From NCBI RefSeq assembly GCF_009914755.1, contig NC_060926.1: a stretch of DNA of 64,000 bases; one strand, 5' to 3'. Source of the stretch: the human T2T-CHM13v2.0 reference genome, Homo sapiens. Shown in pieces: positions 42,093-61,894 of this stretch. Every line of letters starts with the position of its first letter. Position 1 is the first letter of the stretch. The notes under the pieces are model-generated. The model ran no database searches, was not told the DNA's origin, and saw nothing but the letters and a program-made list of their open reading frames with translations. The position numbers were made by a program, and so were the translations under genes.

Positions 42093-43139
42093 GTAATTTC
42101 TTTCTCATTTTTTCTTACGAAAATATTCAATTAAAGAGGCTTGGTTAAAACTGTTAAAATATTCAGAATATTGTATAGAAAAGCTCTATTAAAATTCATT
42201 TCACAGTGTTAAAATCCTTGGAAAGCACTTGATTAAAAGCAGAGCATGTCCCAAATTGCACGAAATTTTTTAACAAACATTAATAGCCCCTAAATGTTTA
42301 TCATCAAGAAAATTCGCGTGATCAATTTATTCCTTTTCATCTGTATTATAACATATCTGTATGCTTTAATCTATCTAATGGCCTCTTCCTCATGGCTATA
42401 TGTAAATACAGTTGCACATTTCATATATATGTATGTGTATATATATATATATATTTGAGAAACATTTTATATAGACAGAAGAAAGCAAGCAAACAAAATC
42501 TCTTGCCGTATATCCAATGCCCCATCCATCTTTATCTACCATCCATTTGTCTTATGTTTGAATTCCTCAAAATAAGTCTATAACTACTGTCTCTAGATCC
42601 TAACTCCTTTTCATTTCTTAATTAATCAACTTTTGTCTCTGCTTATCCATTCCAATGACACTCATAGCAAAGTTCATCCATTACATAGTTACTACAAAAT
42701 CCAGTGAATTTTTAAATTAATGTTTATGATAAAATACTCAAATGCACTTTTATTTTAAAAATTAGAACTTTATAAATAAAGGAGGAATGACCTTAAACTA
42801 TGCCTTCAAATCATAATGCCCATAACTCTACCCAAAGTGACAACTCTTAGGAGTTTTTTTCTTCTCCAATTTTTATTTTGGCTCAAGGGGTACATTAGCA
42901 GGCTTGTTATATGGATAAATTGCATGTCACAGGGGTTTGGTATGCAGAGTGACGATTGATCCCTTCTTTCTGTCCATGTGTACTCAGTGTTTAGCTCCCA
43001 CTTATAAGTGAGAATATGGGATATTTGGTTTCCTGCTCCTGCGTTAATTAACTTTGTGTATTATTCTATGGTGTATATGTGCCACATTTTCTTTATCCAG
43101 TTCACCATTGATGGACATTTAGGTTGATCTCATGTCTTT

Positions 43140-44860
43140 TTTATTTTTTTTCATTAGTTTTTAAGGAACAGGTGGTGTTTGTTTACATGGAAAATATTTT
43201 TAGTGGTAATTTCTGAGATTTTGGTGCACCCATCACCAGAGCACTGTACACTGCACCCAAGGTGTAGTCTTTTATCCCTCACCCTCCTCCTACTCTTCCC
43301 CCTAAGTCCCCAAAGTCCATTGTATCATTCTTGTGCTTTTGCATCCTCATAGCATAACTCCCACTTATAAGTCAGAATATACAATGTTTGGTTTTTTCAT
43401 TCCTGAATTACTTCACTTAGAATAATGGTGTCCGACTCCTTCCAGGCTGCTGTGAATGCCATTATTTCATTCCTTTTTATAGCTGAGTAGTATTCTGTCC
43501 ATGGTCTGTGTGTGTATATATATACACACACATACACATATATATACACATATATACACATATGTGTGTATATACACATATATACACATATATACACACA
43601 TATATGTGTGTATATACACATATATATACACATATATGTGTATATACACATATATACACATATATGTGTGTATATACACATATATATATGCACCACATTT
43701 TCTCTATGCATTCATTGATTGATGGGCATTTGAGCTAGTTCCATATCTTTCACAATTGCAAATTGTGCTGCAGTAAACGTGTGTCCAAGTATTTTTTTCA
43801 TATAAAGACTTCTTTTCCTCTGGGTAGATACCTAGTAGTGGGATTGCTAGATCAAATGGTAGATCTACTTTTAATTATTTAAGAAATCTTCATACTCTTT
43901 TCCATAGTGGTTGTCCTAGTTTACATTCCCCCCAGCAGTGTAAAGGTGTTCCCTTTTTACCACACCCATGGCAACATCTATTTTTTTTTAATTTTTTGAT
44001 TATGGCTATTCTTGGAGGAGTGAGATGGTATCGCATTGTGGTTTTGTTTGCATTTCCCTGATAATTAGTGATATTGAGGATTTTTTCATGTTTCTTGGCC
44101 ATTTATATCTTCTTTTGGGAAGTGTCTATTCATGTCCTTAACACACTTTTTGATAGGGTAGTTTGTTTTTTTCTTGCTGATTTGTTTGAGTTCCTTATGG
44201 ATTCTACATATTAGCACTTTGTTGGATGCATAGTTTGTAAAGATTTTCTCCCACTCTATATAGGTTGTCTTTTTACTCTGCTGATTAATTCTTTTGCTGT
44301 GTAGAAGCTTCTTAGTTTAATTAAGTCCCATCTACTTATCTTTGCTTTTGTTGCCTTTGCTTTTGGGTTCTTGGTCATGAAGTCTTTGCCTAAGCAAATG
44401 TCTAGAAGGGTATTTCCAATGTTACCTTCTAGAATTTTTATAGTTTTAGGTGTTAGATTTAAGTCTTTGATCCATCTTGAGTTGATTTTTGTATAAGGTG
44501 AGAGATGAGGATGCAGTTTCATTCTTCTACATATGGCTTGCCAATTATCCCAGCACCATTTGTTGAATATGGTGTCCTTTCCCAACTTTATGTTTTTGTT
44601 TCCTTTGTTAAAGATCAGTTGGCTTAAGTATTTGGCTTTATTTCTCAGTTCTCTATTCGATTCCATTAGTCTACGTGCCTATTTTTATAGCAGTATTATG
44701 CTGCTTTGGTGACTATAGACTTATAGTACAGCTTGAAGTCAAGCAATGTGATGCATCCACATTTGTTCTTTTTGCTTAGTCTTGCTTTCGTTATGCGGGC
44801 TATTTTTGAGTTCCACATGAATTTTAGGAATGCTTTTTCTAGTTCAGGGAAGAATGATGA
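43140..44860 (-). mobile_element. L1PB-like 3' fragment containing a (TATACACA)n microsatellite at about 43506-43690
   Basis: 'ggaacaggtggtgtttg...ttctgagattttggtgcacccatcacc'; ORF2 C-terminal pieces at 43890-44926. Confidence 0.8.
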
Positions 44861-45429
44861 TCTATGATCATCAGTGATAACTGTCCTGAAGTTTTCTTTT
44901 TTGTTGTGTCTCTGCCAGGTTTTCATATCTGAATGATGCTGACCTCATAAAATGAGTTAGGGAGGGATCCTTCCTCCTCCTTTTTTCGGAACAATTTCAG
45001 TAGCATTGATACCAGCTCTTCTTTACACTTCCGGTAGAATTTGTCTCTGAATCTGTTGGGTCCTGGGCTTGCATTTTTTTTTCTTTTTTTGGCTCAGAGA
45101 CTTTTTATTACTCATTCAGTTTCAAAACACATTTTTTGCTTTGTTCAGGATTTCAATTTCTTCCTAGTTCAATCTTGGGAGGTTGTATGTTTCCAGAAAT
45201 TTACCCATTTCTTTTTTTTTTTTTTATATACTTTAAGTTTTAGGGTACATGTGCACATTGTGCAGGTTAGTTACATATGTATACATGTGCCATGCTGGTG
45301 CGCTGCACCCACTAACTCGTCATCTAGCATTAGGTATATCTCCCAATGCTATCCCTCCCCCCTCCCCCCACCCCACCACAGTCCCCAGAGTGTGATATTC
45401 CCCTTCCTGTGTCCATGTGATCTCATTGT

Positions 45430-49284
<3,855 letters not shown>

Positions 49285-49320
49285 TTAGTTGATGCAGTTT
49301 CTTCCTAGTCTCGATGGTCT

Positions 49321-50337
49321 TTACATTTTGGCATGATTTTGCAGGGGCTGGTACCGGTTGTTCCTTTCCATATTTAGCACTTCCTTCAGGAGCTCTTTTA
49401 GGGCAGGCCTGGTGGTGACAAAATGAGTCAGCATTTGCTTGTCTGTAGAGTATTTTATTTCCCCTTCACTTATGAAGCTTAGTTTGGCTGGATATGAAAT
49501 TCTGGGTTGAAAATTCTTTTCTTTAAGAATGTTGAATATTGGCCCCCACTCTCTTCTGGCTTGTAGGGTTTCTGCCGAGAGATCCACTGTTAGTCTGATG
49601 GGCTTCCCTTTGAGGGTAACCCGACCTTTCTCTCTGGCTGTCCTTAACATTTTTTCCTTCATTTCAACTTTGGTGAATCTGACAATTTTGTGTCTTGGAG
49701 TTGCTCTTCTCCAGGAGTATCTTTGTGGTGTTCTCTGTTTTTCCTGAATCTGAATGTTGGCCTGCCTTGCTAGATTGGGGAAGTTCTCCTGGATTATGTC
49801 CTGCAGAGTGTTTTCCAACTTGGTTCCATTCTCCCCATCACTTTCAGGTACACCAATCAGACATAGATTTGGTCTTTTCTCATAGTCCCATATTTCTTGG
49901 AGGCTTTGCTCATTTCTTTTTATTCTTTTTTCTCTAAACTTCCCTTCTCACTTCATTTCATTCATTTCATCTTCCATTGCTGATACCCTTTCTTCCAGTT
50001 GATCGCATCGGCTCCTGAGGCTTCTGCATTCTTCACGTAGTTCTCGAGCCTTGGTTTTCAGCTCCATCAGCTCCTTTAAGCACTTCTCTGTATTGGTTAT
50101 TCTAGTTATACATTCTTCTGAATTTTGTTCAAAGTTTTCAACTTCTTTGCCTTTGGTTTGAATGTCCTCCCGTAGCTCAGAGTAATTTGATCGTCTGAAG
50201 CCTTCTTCTCTCAGCTCGTCAAAGTCATTCTCCATCCAGCTTTGTTCTGTTGCTAGTGAGGAACTGCGTTCCTTTGGAGGAGGAGAGACGCTCTGCGTTT
50301 TAGGGTTTCCAGTTTTTCTGTTCTGTTTTTTCTCCAT
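49321..50337 (-). pseudogene. L1 ORF1 with a single in-frame TGA at 49948-49950
   Basis: 1017 nt; the two ORF-track pieces are in the same frame and the sequence between them is open. Confidence 0.93.
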
Positions 50338-51244
50338 CTTTGTGGTTTTATCTACTTTTGGTCTTTGATGATGGTGATGTACAGATGGGTTTTCGGTGTG
50401 GATGTCCTTTCTGTTTGTTAGTTTTCCTTCTAACAGACAGGACCCTCAGCTGCAGGTCTGTTGGAATACCCTGCCGTGTGAGGTGTCAGTGTGCCCCTGC
50501 TGGGGGGTGCCTCCCAGTTAGGCTGCTCGGGGGTCAGGGGTCAGGGACCCACTTGAGGAGGCAGTCTGCCGGTTCTCAGATCTCCAGCTGCGTGCTGGGA
50601 GAACCACTGCTCTCTTCAAAGCTGTCAGACAGGGACATTTAAGTCTGCAGAGGTTGCTGCTGTCTTTTTGTTTGTCTGTGCCCTGCCCCCAGAGGTGGAG
50701 CCTACAGAGGCAGGCAGGCCTCCTTGTGCTGTGGTGGGCTCCACCCAGTTCGAGCTTCCCAGCTGCTTTGTTTACCTAAGCAAGCCTGGGCAATGGAGGG
50801 CGCCCCTCCCCCAGCCTCGCTGCCTCCTTGCAGTTTGATCTCAGACTGCTGTGCTAGCAATCAGCGAGATTCCGTGGGCGTAGGACCCTCCAAGCCAGGT
50901 GTGGCATATAGTCTCGTGGTGCGCCGTGTTTTAAGCCAGTCTGAAAAGCGCAATATTCGGGTGGGAGTGACCCGATTTTCCAGGTGCGTCCATCACCCCT
51001 TTCTTTGACTCAGAAAGAGAACTCCCTGACCCCTTGCGCTTCCCAGGTGAGGCAATGCCTCGCCCTGCTTTGGCTCACGCACAGTGAGCACACCCACTGG
51101 CCTGTGTCCACTGTCTGGCACTCCCTAGTGAGATGCACCCGGTACCTCAGATGGAAATGCAGAAATCACCCGTCTTCTGTGTTGCTCACGCTGGGAGCTG
51201 TAGACCGGAGATGTTCCTATTCGGCCATCTTGGCTCCTCCCCCC
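50338..51244. promoter_or_regulatory. L1 5'UTR: sense promoter (leftward) and antisense promoter (rightward)
   Basis: Complete 5'UTR of about 900 bp with YY1 site 'gccatctt' near the 5' end. Activity inferred from known L1 biology, not observed. Confidence 0.7.
50793..51008 (+). CDS. L1 ORF0, intact 71 aa
   Basis: gcaATGG; MEGAPPPASLPPCSLISDCCASNQRDSVGVGPSKPGVAYSLVVRRVLSQSEKRNIRVGVTRFSRCVHHPFL*. Confidence 0.85.
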   Translation: MEGAPPPASLPPCSLISDCCASNQRDSVGVGPSKPGVAYSLVVRRVLSQSEKRNIRVGVTRFSRCVHHPFL

Positions 51245-52791
51245 GAAATTTACCCATTTCTTGTAGGTGTTCTACTTTGTTTGCATAAACATGTTCATCA
51301 TAGTCTCTGAGAGTTTTTTGTATTTCTGTGTGGTTGGCGGTAATGTCCACTTTACCATTTCTGATTGTGTTTTTTGTATCTTCTCTTTTTTTTTTTCCTT
51401 ATTGGTCTAGCTAGTGACCTATCAAATTTATTTATTCTTTTGAAGAACCAGCTTTTAGTTTCATTTATCCTTTGTATGCCTTTTCATGACTCAATTTTAT
51501 TCCATTCTGCTCTGATTTTGGTTATTTATTCTCTTCTGCTAGCTTTGGGTTGGTTTCCTCTTGTTTTTCTATTTCCTTTAAGTATGATATTAGGTTGTTA
51601 ATTTAAGATCCTTCTAACTTTTCAATATGGGCATTTAGCACGATAAACTTTTCCCTTAACACTGCTTTGCCTGTGTCTTAGAGAGCCTAGAATGTTGTAT
51701 CTTTGTTTTAATTAGTTTCAAAGAATTTATTGGTTTCTGCCTTAATTTCATTGTTTACCCAAAAGTCATTCAGGCACAGGTTGTTTAATTTCCATGTAAT
51801 TGTATGGTTTTGAGAGTTCTTCTTAGTGTTGACTTCTATTTTTGTTACACTGAGCGGTCCAAGATTGTGGTTGGCATGATTTCAGGGGTTTCTTTTAATT
51901 TACTGAAAATAATTTTAGACTGATAGTGTGATCAATTTTACAATATATGCCATGTACAGATGAGAGGAAGATATATTCTGTTGTTGTTGGGTGGAGTGTT
52001 CTGTAGATGGCTGTTAGGTCCATTTAGCCAAGTGTTGACTTCAAGTCCTGAATATCTTTGTTCATTTTCTGTCTCTATGATCTGTCTAGTACCGTCAGTG
52101 AGATGTTGAAGTCTCCCACTATTCTGTGGTTATCTAAGTCTCTCTATAGGTATCTATGAACTTGTTTTACGAATGTGAATGCTCCAGTTTTGAGCACATT
52201 TATCTTTCAGACAGTTAAGTCTTCTTGTTGAATTGAACCCTTTATCATTACTTAGTGCCCTTCTTTGTCTTTTTGATTGTTGTTGGTTTAAAGTCTATTT
52301 TGTCTGAATTAGAATAACAATGCTTACCCTTTTTTGTTTTACATTTGCTTGGTAGATTTTTTTCCATCCTTTTACTTCAAGCGAATGGGTATTGTTGCAT
52401 ATGAGCTGGGTCTCTTGACAACAGATAAGGTTGGGCTTTGCTTCTTTATCCAACTTGTCATTCTGTGAGTTTTAAGCGGGGCATTTATACTGTTTACATT
52501 CACAGTTAATATTGGTATTTATAGCTTTGGTCCTACCATTATGTTGTTAGCTGGTTATTATGCAGACTTGATTGTGTAGTTACTTTACAACGTCAATGGT
52601 CTATGTACTTAAATGTATTTTTGTGGTGGCCATTAACAGTCTTTCACTTCCACGCTTAGCACTCCCTTAAGGACCTCTTGTAAGGCATGTCTGGTGGTAA
52701 CAGATTCCATTAGCATTTGCTTGTCTGAAAAGGATCTTACTTCTCCTTCACATATGAAGTTTAGTTTGGCTGGATATTAAGTTCTTGGTTG

Positions 52792-52793
<2 letters not shown>

Positions 52794-52822
<29 letters not shown>

Positions 52823-53100
52823 GTGACAGAGTCTTGCTCTGTCCCCAGGCTGGAGTGTGGTGGTGTTATCTCGGCTTACTGCAACCTCCACCTCCTGGGT
52901 TAAGTGATTCTCTTGCCTCAGCCTCCCGAGTAGCTGGGACTACAGACACGCACCACCATGCCCAGATAATTTTTGTATTTTTATTAGAGATGAGGTTTCA
53001 CCATGTTGGCCAGGATGGTCTTGATCTCTTGACCTTGTGTTCTGCCTCCCTCAGCCTCCCAAAGTGCTGGGATTACAGGCATGAGCCACCACACCCAGCC
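52794..53100 (-). mobile_element. AluS(c-like) with long T tail
   Basis: Full Alu. Confidence 0.9.
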
Positions 53101-53127
53101 AAGTATTTTTTTTTTAAGAATGCTGAA

Positions 53128-53526
<399 letters not shown>

Positions 53527-55740
53527 TTAGCTGCCTTTCATATTTTTTTATTTCATGTTGACCTTGGAGAATCTGATGACTCTCTGTCTTGGGGATGGTC
53601 ATCTTGTATAGTGTCTCACAGGATTCTCTGCATTTCCTGGATTTAAATGGTGACTTCTCTAGCAAGATTTGGGAAATTTTTGTGGGCAGTATCCTCAAAT
53701 ATGTTTTCCAACTTGCTTGTTCTTCCTCCCTTTCTTTGAGTGATGCCTTGAGTCATATGTTTGGTCTCTTTACATAATCTCATATTTCTCAGAGGTTTTG
53801 TTCATTCTTTTTTGTTCTTTATTTTCATCTGACTGAGTTGATTCAAAGAAGTGATCTTTGAGATCTGAGATTCTTTCCTCAGCTTGGTCCGTTCTGCTGT
53901 TAGTACTTGTTATTGTATTATGAAATTCTTGAGGTGCATTTTTCAGCTCTATCACTTTAGTTTGGTTATTTCTTAAAATGCCTGTTTCATCTTTAAGCTC
54001 TTATGTCATCTTATTGGATTCCTTAGATTATTTGGATTGGATTTTGACTTTCTTCTGAATCTCAATGATCTTTGTTTCTATCCAGATTCTGAATTCTATG
54101 TCTGTCATTTAATCCTGGTTAACAACCATTGTTGGAGAGTTAGTATGATTGCTTGAAGACAGGAAGACATTCTGGATTTTTACATTGCCAGAGTTCTTGC
54201 ACTGGTTCTTTCACATCTGTGTGAGCTAAGGTTCCTTTAATGTTTTGAATCACTGTCCTTTGGATGGAGTTTTTTCCTTTTTTATATTCTTTAATGCCCT
54301 TGAGGGTTTGACTGTGGCACAAGGTAGTTTCAGTCAAATGGCTTCATTTCTGGAAGATTTCAGGGGGTAAAGGCTCAGCTCAGCACTCCTGAACTGCATA
54401 CTCTAACTTTGCAAGGCTGGTACCATACCAACAGATTTGTTGTCTGGCCCTTCAATGTTAAGCACTGAGGTGTTCCCAGTCCACTGGCAACAACACTCTG
54501 ATGGGGTGTGCCAGCCAAAGTGCTTCATTGTAGTGATTGTAGCAAGGTCCCCACTCACACATATGTGTCAGCAGCAGCAGCACACAGCAGGTATGCATGT
54601 GTTGGCAGGGGTGCAGTGCTGGCAGGAGTGGGATGGGGGTGTTCTGCATACTTGCATGTGTCAGCCGGGGCAATGGTGTTGTGGGGTGCACTCATGTGCT
54701 GCTGGAGACAGAGTGGCAGCATCTTCATGAGTTTTATGTTATCATTCTAAATCTTTAAAAATAATGTTCTAGACTTCTAACAAATGTATTTGTGAACCCA
54801 GAGAAAAAAAGAGTATTATTTTGTGCATTATTACTTAATCATATCCAAGAAAATTTTACTTTACAATTTGTTCTTTTCACTCAACAATAGTGTTGAGGTT
54901 TATCCATCTCAAGATGGATACACATGTAGTTTATTCCTTTTAATTGTATAAGATTACATTGTATGTCAACAGCAGATTTTATTTACTATGTTATAACAAA
55001 AATAGCATTTTATTTGTCTCATTTTATATAAATATAAGTTTGTCTAGAATAGTTACCTGGGTTACATGAATTTTTAGTTTGATGTATACTGCCAAAATCT
55101 TTTTGGTATGGCCACTTTAATTTGCCCTAATACCAATAGCTTATGAGCATACCTGTTGTTCTTGAAAATCCTTGCAAATCCTTGATATTATTAAATTTTA
55201 TAATGTTTTCCAGTCTGATCATTGAAAAAATGGCATATTTTTGTTATTTTAGTTTGCATTTCTGTGATTATTCACAAGCTTGAATATCTTTTATATACGT
55301 GTTGTCCTTCAGCTTTTCCTTATCTGTAACTAGCCTGTTCATATCCTTTGTCCATTTTTTTGTTGAGTTGGTCTTCTTTATTAATTATATCTGTTATATG
55401 CATTTGTAAATTATATGTATTGCAAATATCAGTAGATATTTAATTTTGTTTGTGATGATTTTTTTTTCACTCTAAGAAGTGTATTTTGTTATTTTCAACA
55501 GACAGAATTGCCAATACACAACACCGTTCACTTGACTTTGAAAATGAAAAAGAAAAAGGGGGAGAAAGAGCAGAATTGCTTTTGAAGTAGTACTTTATTA
55601 TAGTACTTTTGAAGTTGCTTTTGAAGTACTACTTTAATATAATTGAATGTATTACAATCTCTTTTTATGTCTAATGTCTTTGTATGTATCATTCAAAAGG
55701 TCCTTTTTACCTCATGATCACAAATATATTATTCTACATC

Positions 55741-55992
<252 letters not shown>

Positions 55993-56441
55993 TAGCCCAC
56001 TACATTTTCTTATTACTACTTTTCCTTTTGAGCTTTTAACATTTATTATATGTAAGGATCTATCTATATTCCTTTCCACATAAATAGTTATCTCAACACC
56101 ATTTGTGAAAGATTTCTTTCTTTCTCCCACTGATTTAAAATACCAATTGTATGATGTAACAAATCCCATAGATTTGTTTCCACACTTTGTATTCTCTTTT
56201 CTTCCAATTTATTTTGTCTTTTTATATGTCACTATTATTCAGTTTTAACTATTTTACCTTTACAAAAACAGTATCTTGTTTTCTTAAGTTTACTTGATCT
56301 TTCATTCTAAGACCTTATTCTTCCAAATGAATTTTATAATCAGCTTGTCAAGCTCAGTATAAATCCCTGCAAAGATTTTGATTGGTGTATCTGATTAATT
56401 CATTTGGGGGAGAGTTTACATCTTTATATTATTGAGGCTTT

Positions 56442-56598
56442 GGCCAGGCATGGTGGCTCACACCTATAAGCCAAGCACTTTGGGAGGCCAAGGCAGGCAT
56501 ATCACTTGAGGTCAGGAGTTCAAGACCAGCCTGGCCAAAATGATGAAACACCGTATCTACTAAAAACACCAAAACTAGCCAGGCGTGGTGTTGAGCGA
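56442..56598 (+). mobile_element. 3'-truncated Alu
   Basis: Left arm and linker only. Confidence 0.85.
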
Positions 56599-56774
56599 TG
56601 GTAAAATTGGGGCTTTTTAGTTCACACTTGTGAAATGTCTCCCTAAGTATTCAGGTATTATCTTAATTATTATATTATTATATTCACAATTTTTATAAAA
56701 GTATAGACTGTCTTCACAGTTTTGTTCTTAGATACTTTGTGTTTTTAATTGATGTTGTGGATTAAATTCTCTTT

Positions 56775-57045
56775 GATCACTTATTCCTGGGGAAGCCAGC
56801 TGCCATGTCCTGAGGCAGCCCTGTGGAGAAAACCCCACTGGAAAAAACTGAAGCCTGCAATGGCTACATGAGTAAACTTGGAAGCAGATCTTCTCCACCC
56901 CACCCTACCTCATGGGAAATCTTAAGTCAAGGCATACAACTAAGCCATGCCCAGATTCCTGACCCACAGAAGTCATAAGACAATAAATATTTGTTGTTTT
57001 AAGCTGCTATGTTTGGGGATGACTTGTTAAGCAAAATAAGAAAAA
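56775..57045. mobile_element. MLT1-type LTR fragment
   Basis: 'ggaagccagctgccatgt...gcccagattcctgacccacagaa...ttgttttaagc'. Confidence 0.65.
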
Positions 57046-58195
57046 TAATACAACAGGTGATTACAATGTGCAGCAGAGTTCAGGAACCACTGAACTAGAC
57101 CAGTATGTGGTTTTAGAGAAGTCTAGTCTCTTCTTGAGCCCACAGGGAAATCTGTAGCATAAACTGCGCCATAGAGTTGTACAGCCAGAAGCAAATCTCA
57201 CATCAGTACGTCATTGGCAGATGCTGTCTGGAGGGAAAGTAGAGGGGTGCACAACCTCCCTAGTATTCCCAGGTAGGTGCTTGTCAGCAGGACAAAGGTT
57301 CTAGAAACCTGCAGATATTAGCAGCCAACAAGAAGCACTGGGAGATGTGTTCATAGACCTGGTAAATGGATTCTGGCAGGAGCACCAAAAGCATTTCTAC
57401 ACAGGATATACTTCACACTTTATAAAGTAAATGTAGAAGAGATGAGGTGAATTTCTGGATAAGATATGCCAATAGAAAGTATTCTGAGCAGGAGCCTCCC
57501 CATTCCTCATGGGTGTCATCAACCACTCCAGAAATGTTCTCATTTGCCTTTGTAACTTAGGTGGCCACACTTGTTCTTTTGGGCAGACAACTCTGTTCCT
57601 TCCTTCCTTACTTACTTATTTACTCAAGAGGTAGGAAATGTGTGGAAGGTAGATTTGTCTGACCATTCTTACAGTGGTACTCCAAATAATCAACTATTTG
57701 GTTTCCCCAGAGGTCTCTCCTGCTCCCAGCATCTGTCATTTCAGGGCTTGGACCACTTTTAGAAGCACATGTATCTTTTGAGGCAATTTTATTTACACAC
57801 ATTTTGGTTTATGGTTTCCTTTTTTCAATCCTAAATTGTCTGTCTCTTATCTTTCTGGCATATACTTAGTTACTTGTCCATTGATGATTCACCTTTTGCT
57901 TTCTAGTTAGGTTATGAATTTTTCTATTACCTTTACATCTTCACTTCTAAGGATTTAGGAATAGAGGGAGAGGCTGCAACCTGTGCTCAGCCCAACATTT
58001 TAAACAACGTCTGTATAAAATTTTAGCCAGCACTAAACAATGCATGGAAAGTTTTATCACCATTAAATTGCATTCACTCAAATTTGAAATTCTTCTAAAC
58101 AATGTTTGTTATAAATTTATTATAAACTACTTGTACTTATAAAACACTACTTGATTAAAAAGATGCTTTTAAATTAATTTTCATTCTTCTTTCAG

Positions 58196-58371
58196 TTTTG
58201 TTCTAGGTGCTGTCTCTCCTGCTGTTGTTGTTCTTTACACGATGGTGTTGCAAGAAAATGGATATGGTGTTGAGGAAGACATTCCAACCTTACTAATGGC
58301 TGCTAGCAGTATGGATGACATTCTGGCTCTCACTGGATTCAATACATGCTTGAGCATAGTCTTCTCCTCGG
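58196..58371 (+). pseudogene. SLC9B1: SLC9B1 exon copy C (ion-binding DD motif)
   Basis: tttcag|T FVLGAVSPAVVVLYTMVLQENGYGVEEDIPTLLMAASSMDDILALTGFNTCLSIVFSS G|gtaaac. Confidence 0.92.
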
Positions 58372-59138
58372 GTAAACAAGAAAATATAACAACCACCAGA
58401 TCATTCATGACCTTTTTTGTTAGTTCTTTAAACAGGGTTTCTGGCTTTGCTTCTTCATTTATTAACCAAGACTGTTCAATTTAACATCTTTTTAATCTCC
58501 ATAGAAAGCTCATTCCAGACCAAGGAAGATATTTCAGTGGCTTAAGATACCACTACTTAACACACATGATCTCACTTTAATAATCATATGACAATTAGTT
58601 TGATAAACCATATTATTACTATTTATCTGCTTATGTTGCTTTTGAATTTTATCAGTTCTCATTAGAAAAAATTAAGCAGCAGTATTATTTGTACTACTAA
58701 TATTTTAATAGGCATTTTTGAAATGCGCCTTTTTGGCCATCCTAATAAACAACTGGTTGCTCTATTATAAGACAACATAAACATACAGAGCTGGGACAGC
58801 CATATGCCTTTTTGGTAGTGTTAGGACAAGATCCTGCACCAGTTCTGATTCCCAAGGTGATATCTGGTCTTGAATATCACTACAGAAATTGTGAAACTAA
58901 ACATTTCCACATGTAGTAATGCTTTAATTATCTGCAATGTTTGAGTCTTCTGTATTATTGAAGCGCTAAACTATTTTTAAGTTGAAAAGTAATATATATA
59001 GTTTTATAGTTTCTCTTAAAATAAGAAAATATAAATAAATAAGAAAAAGAGGAAAAGTTAAAAATAAAATCTGCAATAGTCACATCCAGAAGAAAAGAAT
59101 CATTTCCTTCTGAACCTTTTGGTATAAATCCACCCATA

Positions 59139-59222
59139 TTCCCTTCCCTTCCCTTCTTCCCTTCTTCCCTTCTCTTCCCTTCCCCTCTCCTCCCCCTTCC
59201 CTTCCCTTACCCCTCTCTCTCT
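59139..59222. repeat. CT-rich (TTCCC)n low-complexity tract
   Basis: Direct reading. Confidence 0.8.
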
Positions 59223-59249
59223 GTCAAATATTCTTATAAAAATCAGTGA

Positions 59250-59567
<318 letters not shown>

Positions 59568-59796
59568 TAATATGTTCTTATAAACTGAATTGATTTACAC
59601 TTAACTGTATATCACAAACATGTTTCTTTACAGTAAATGTATTTGTATATCATTTTTAATAGTTGTTTAGCTTAATGAAAGAGTATTCAATGTGCTGCAT
59701 CATGATTACTTATCCTGTTCAAAATTAAAGTTAACTCCAATATTTACTATTAAAATGATACGTAGTTGTGTTGCTATAAAAATTTTTTTTAAATTA

Positions 59797-60080
<284 letters not shown>

Positions 60081-60660
60081 TTTTTTAATTAAAAAATATA
60101 CTTAGTTGAACATATAGAGAAATATTTGTACCTAATCTTCATATTTTCTTAAGCTTAAAAGTGTAATTGTTGATCTAAAATGTATATACATTTATGAGTG
60201 TTCTGAAACATATTGCCACAATATCATGTCCTACCCGGGTACATAAACTTGTCATTTCCTCTCACCTCTCTTCAAAACTTGGTATTACTAGCCTTTTTCA
60301 TCTTTGCTAATTTGATAGGTGAAGGAGGGATCTCTATAAATGAAGTACTTTGAATACTAGTGATGTTAAATATCCATGTTTATTAGTCATTGGCATTTTG
60401 TAAATTGCTTTTCTTGAAAGTTTTTTGCCTATTTCTTTTAGGTGGGTTCACCTTTTATTCTTTTTGATTTGTCAAGATTCTGCATTAAATTGAGAATGAA
60501 AACCTTTGTTTTATATACTTTAGTTTTTTCAATTTGTAATTTGGCTTTTAATTTTCTCACTCTTTTTACCATTCAGAAGTTAAAGTTTTTTATTGTCAAT
60601 TGTGAAAATCTTTTCCTTCATGATTGGTATCTGTCATTCTTTCAAAAAATATTGTTATCA

Positions 60661-61094
<434 letters not shown>

Positions 61095-61332
61095 TCACCA
61101 CTCATTTACAGGTAAGGAAACCGAGAAAGATGTTAAGTAATTTTCTCAAGGACAGAGATCCAATAAGTAGGGGAGCCAAGATGCAAATCTGACAGTCTCC
61201 CTCCACACCCACACATTTAACTCTTCTCTTCTCCACTGCCTCCCAACACAACAGAGAGACAAGATCAAATGGTGCATGTTCTCAAGGAGCTTGTATATTA
61301 AAGAAAAATTACAAATGGGATGAATATTACAT

Positions 61333-61894
61333 TGTGAAGGTTAATATTAAGTAAGTGTCAACTTGATTGGATTGAAGGATCCAAAGTATTGTTCCCGGTT
61401 GTGTCTGTGAGGGTGTTGCCAAAGGAGATTAACATTTATTTAGTGGACTGGGAAAGGCAGATCCACCCTCAATGTGGGTGGGCACCATACAATCAGCTGC
61501 CAGCATGGCTAGAATAAAGCAGGCAGAAGAAGGTAAGGAGAAGCTGACTTGCTGAGCCTTCTGGCCCTCATCTTTCTCCCATGCTGGATGCTTCCTGCAC
61601 TCAAATATCAGACTCCAGGTTCTTTGGCTTTTGGACTCTTGGACTTCCTCCAGTTGTTTTCCAGGGGCTCTCAGGCCTTCATCCAGAGACTCAAAGCTGG
61701 CCTGTCTGTTTCCCTACTTTTGAGGTGTTGGGACTCAGACTGAGCCAATACTAGATTCCTTGCTCCTCAACTTGCAGACGGCCTGTTGTAGGACTTCACT
61801 TTGTGATGGTGTGATTCAATTCTCCTTAATAAACTCCCTTTCATATATATATATTCTATTAGTTCTATCCCTCTAGAGAACCATGACTAATACA
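61333..61894 (+). mobile_element. MLT2A-like (HERV-L) LTR
   Basis: 'tgtga.ggttaatatt...gtcaacttgattggattgaagga...ctctagagaacc.tgactaataca'. Confidence 0.85.

Noticed and set aside
43397-43738. Six overlapping Y/I/H/T/C-rich ORFs with an array-like look
   Set aside because: (TA/CA)n compound microsatellite in an L1PB 3'UTR; no spacers, so not CRISPR.
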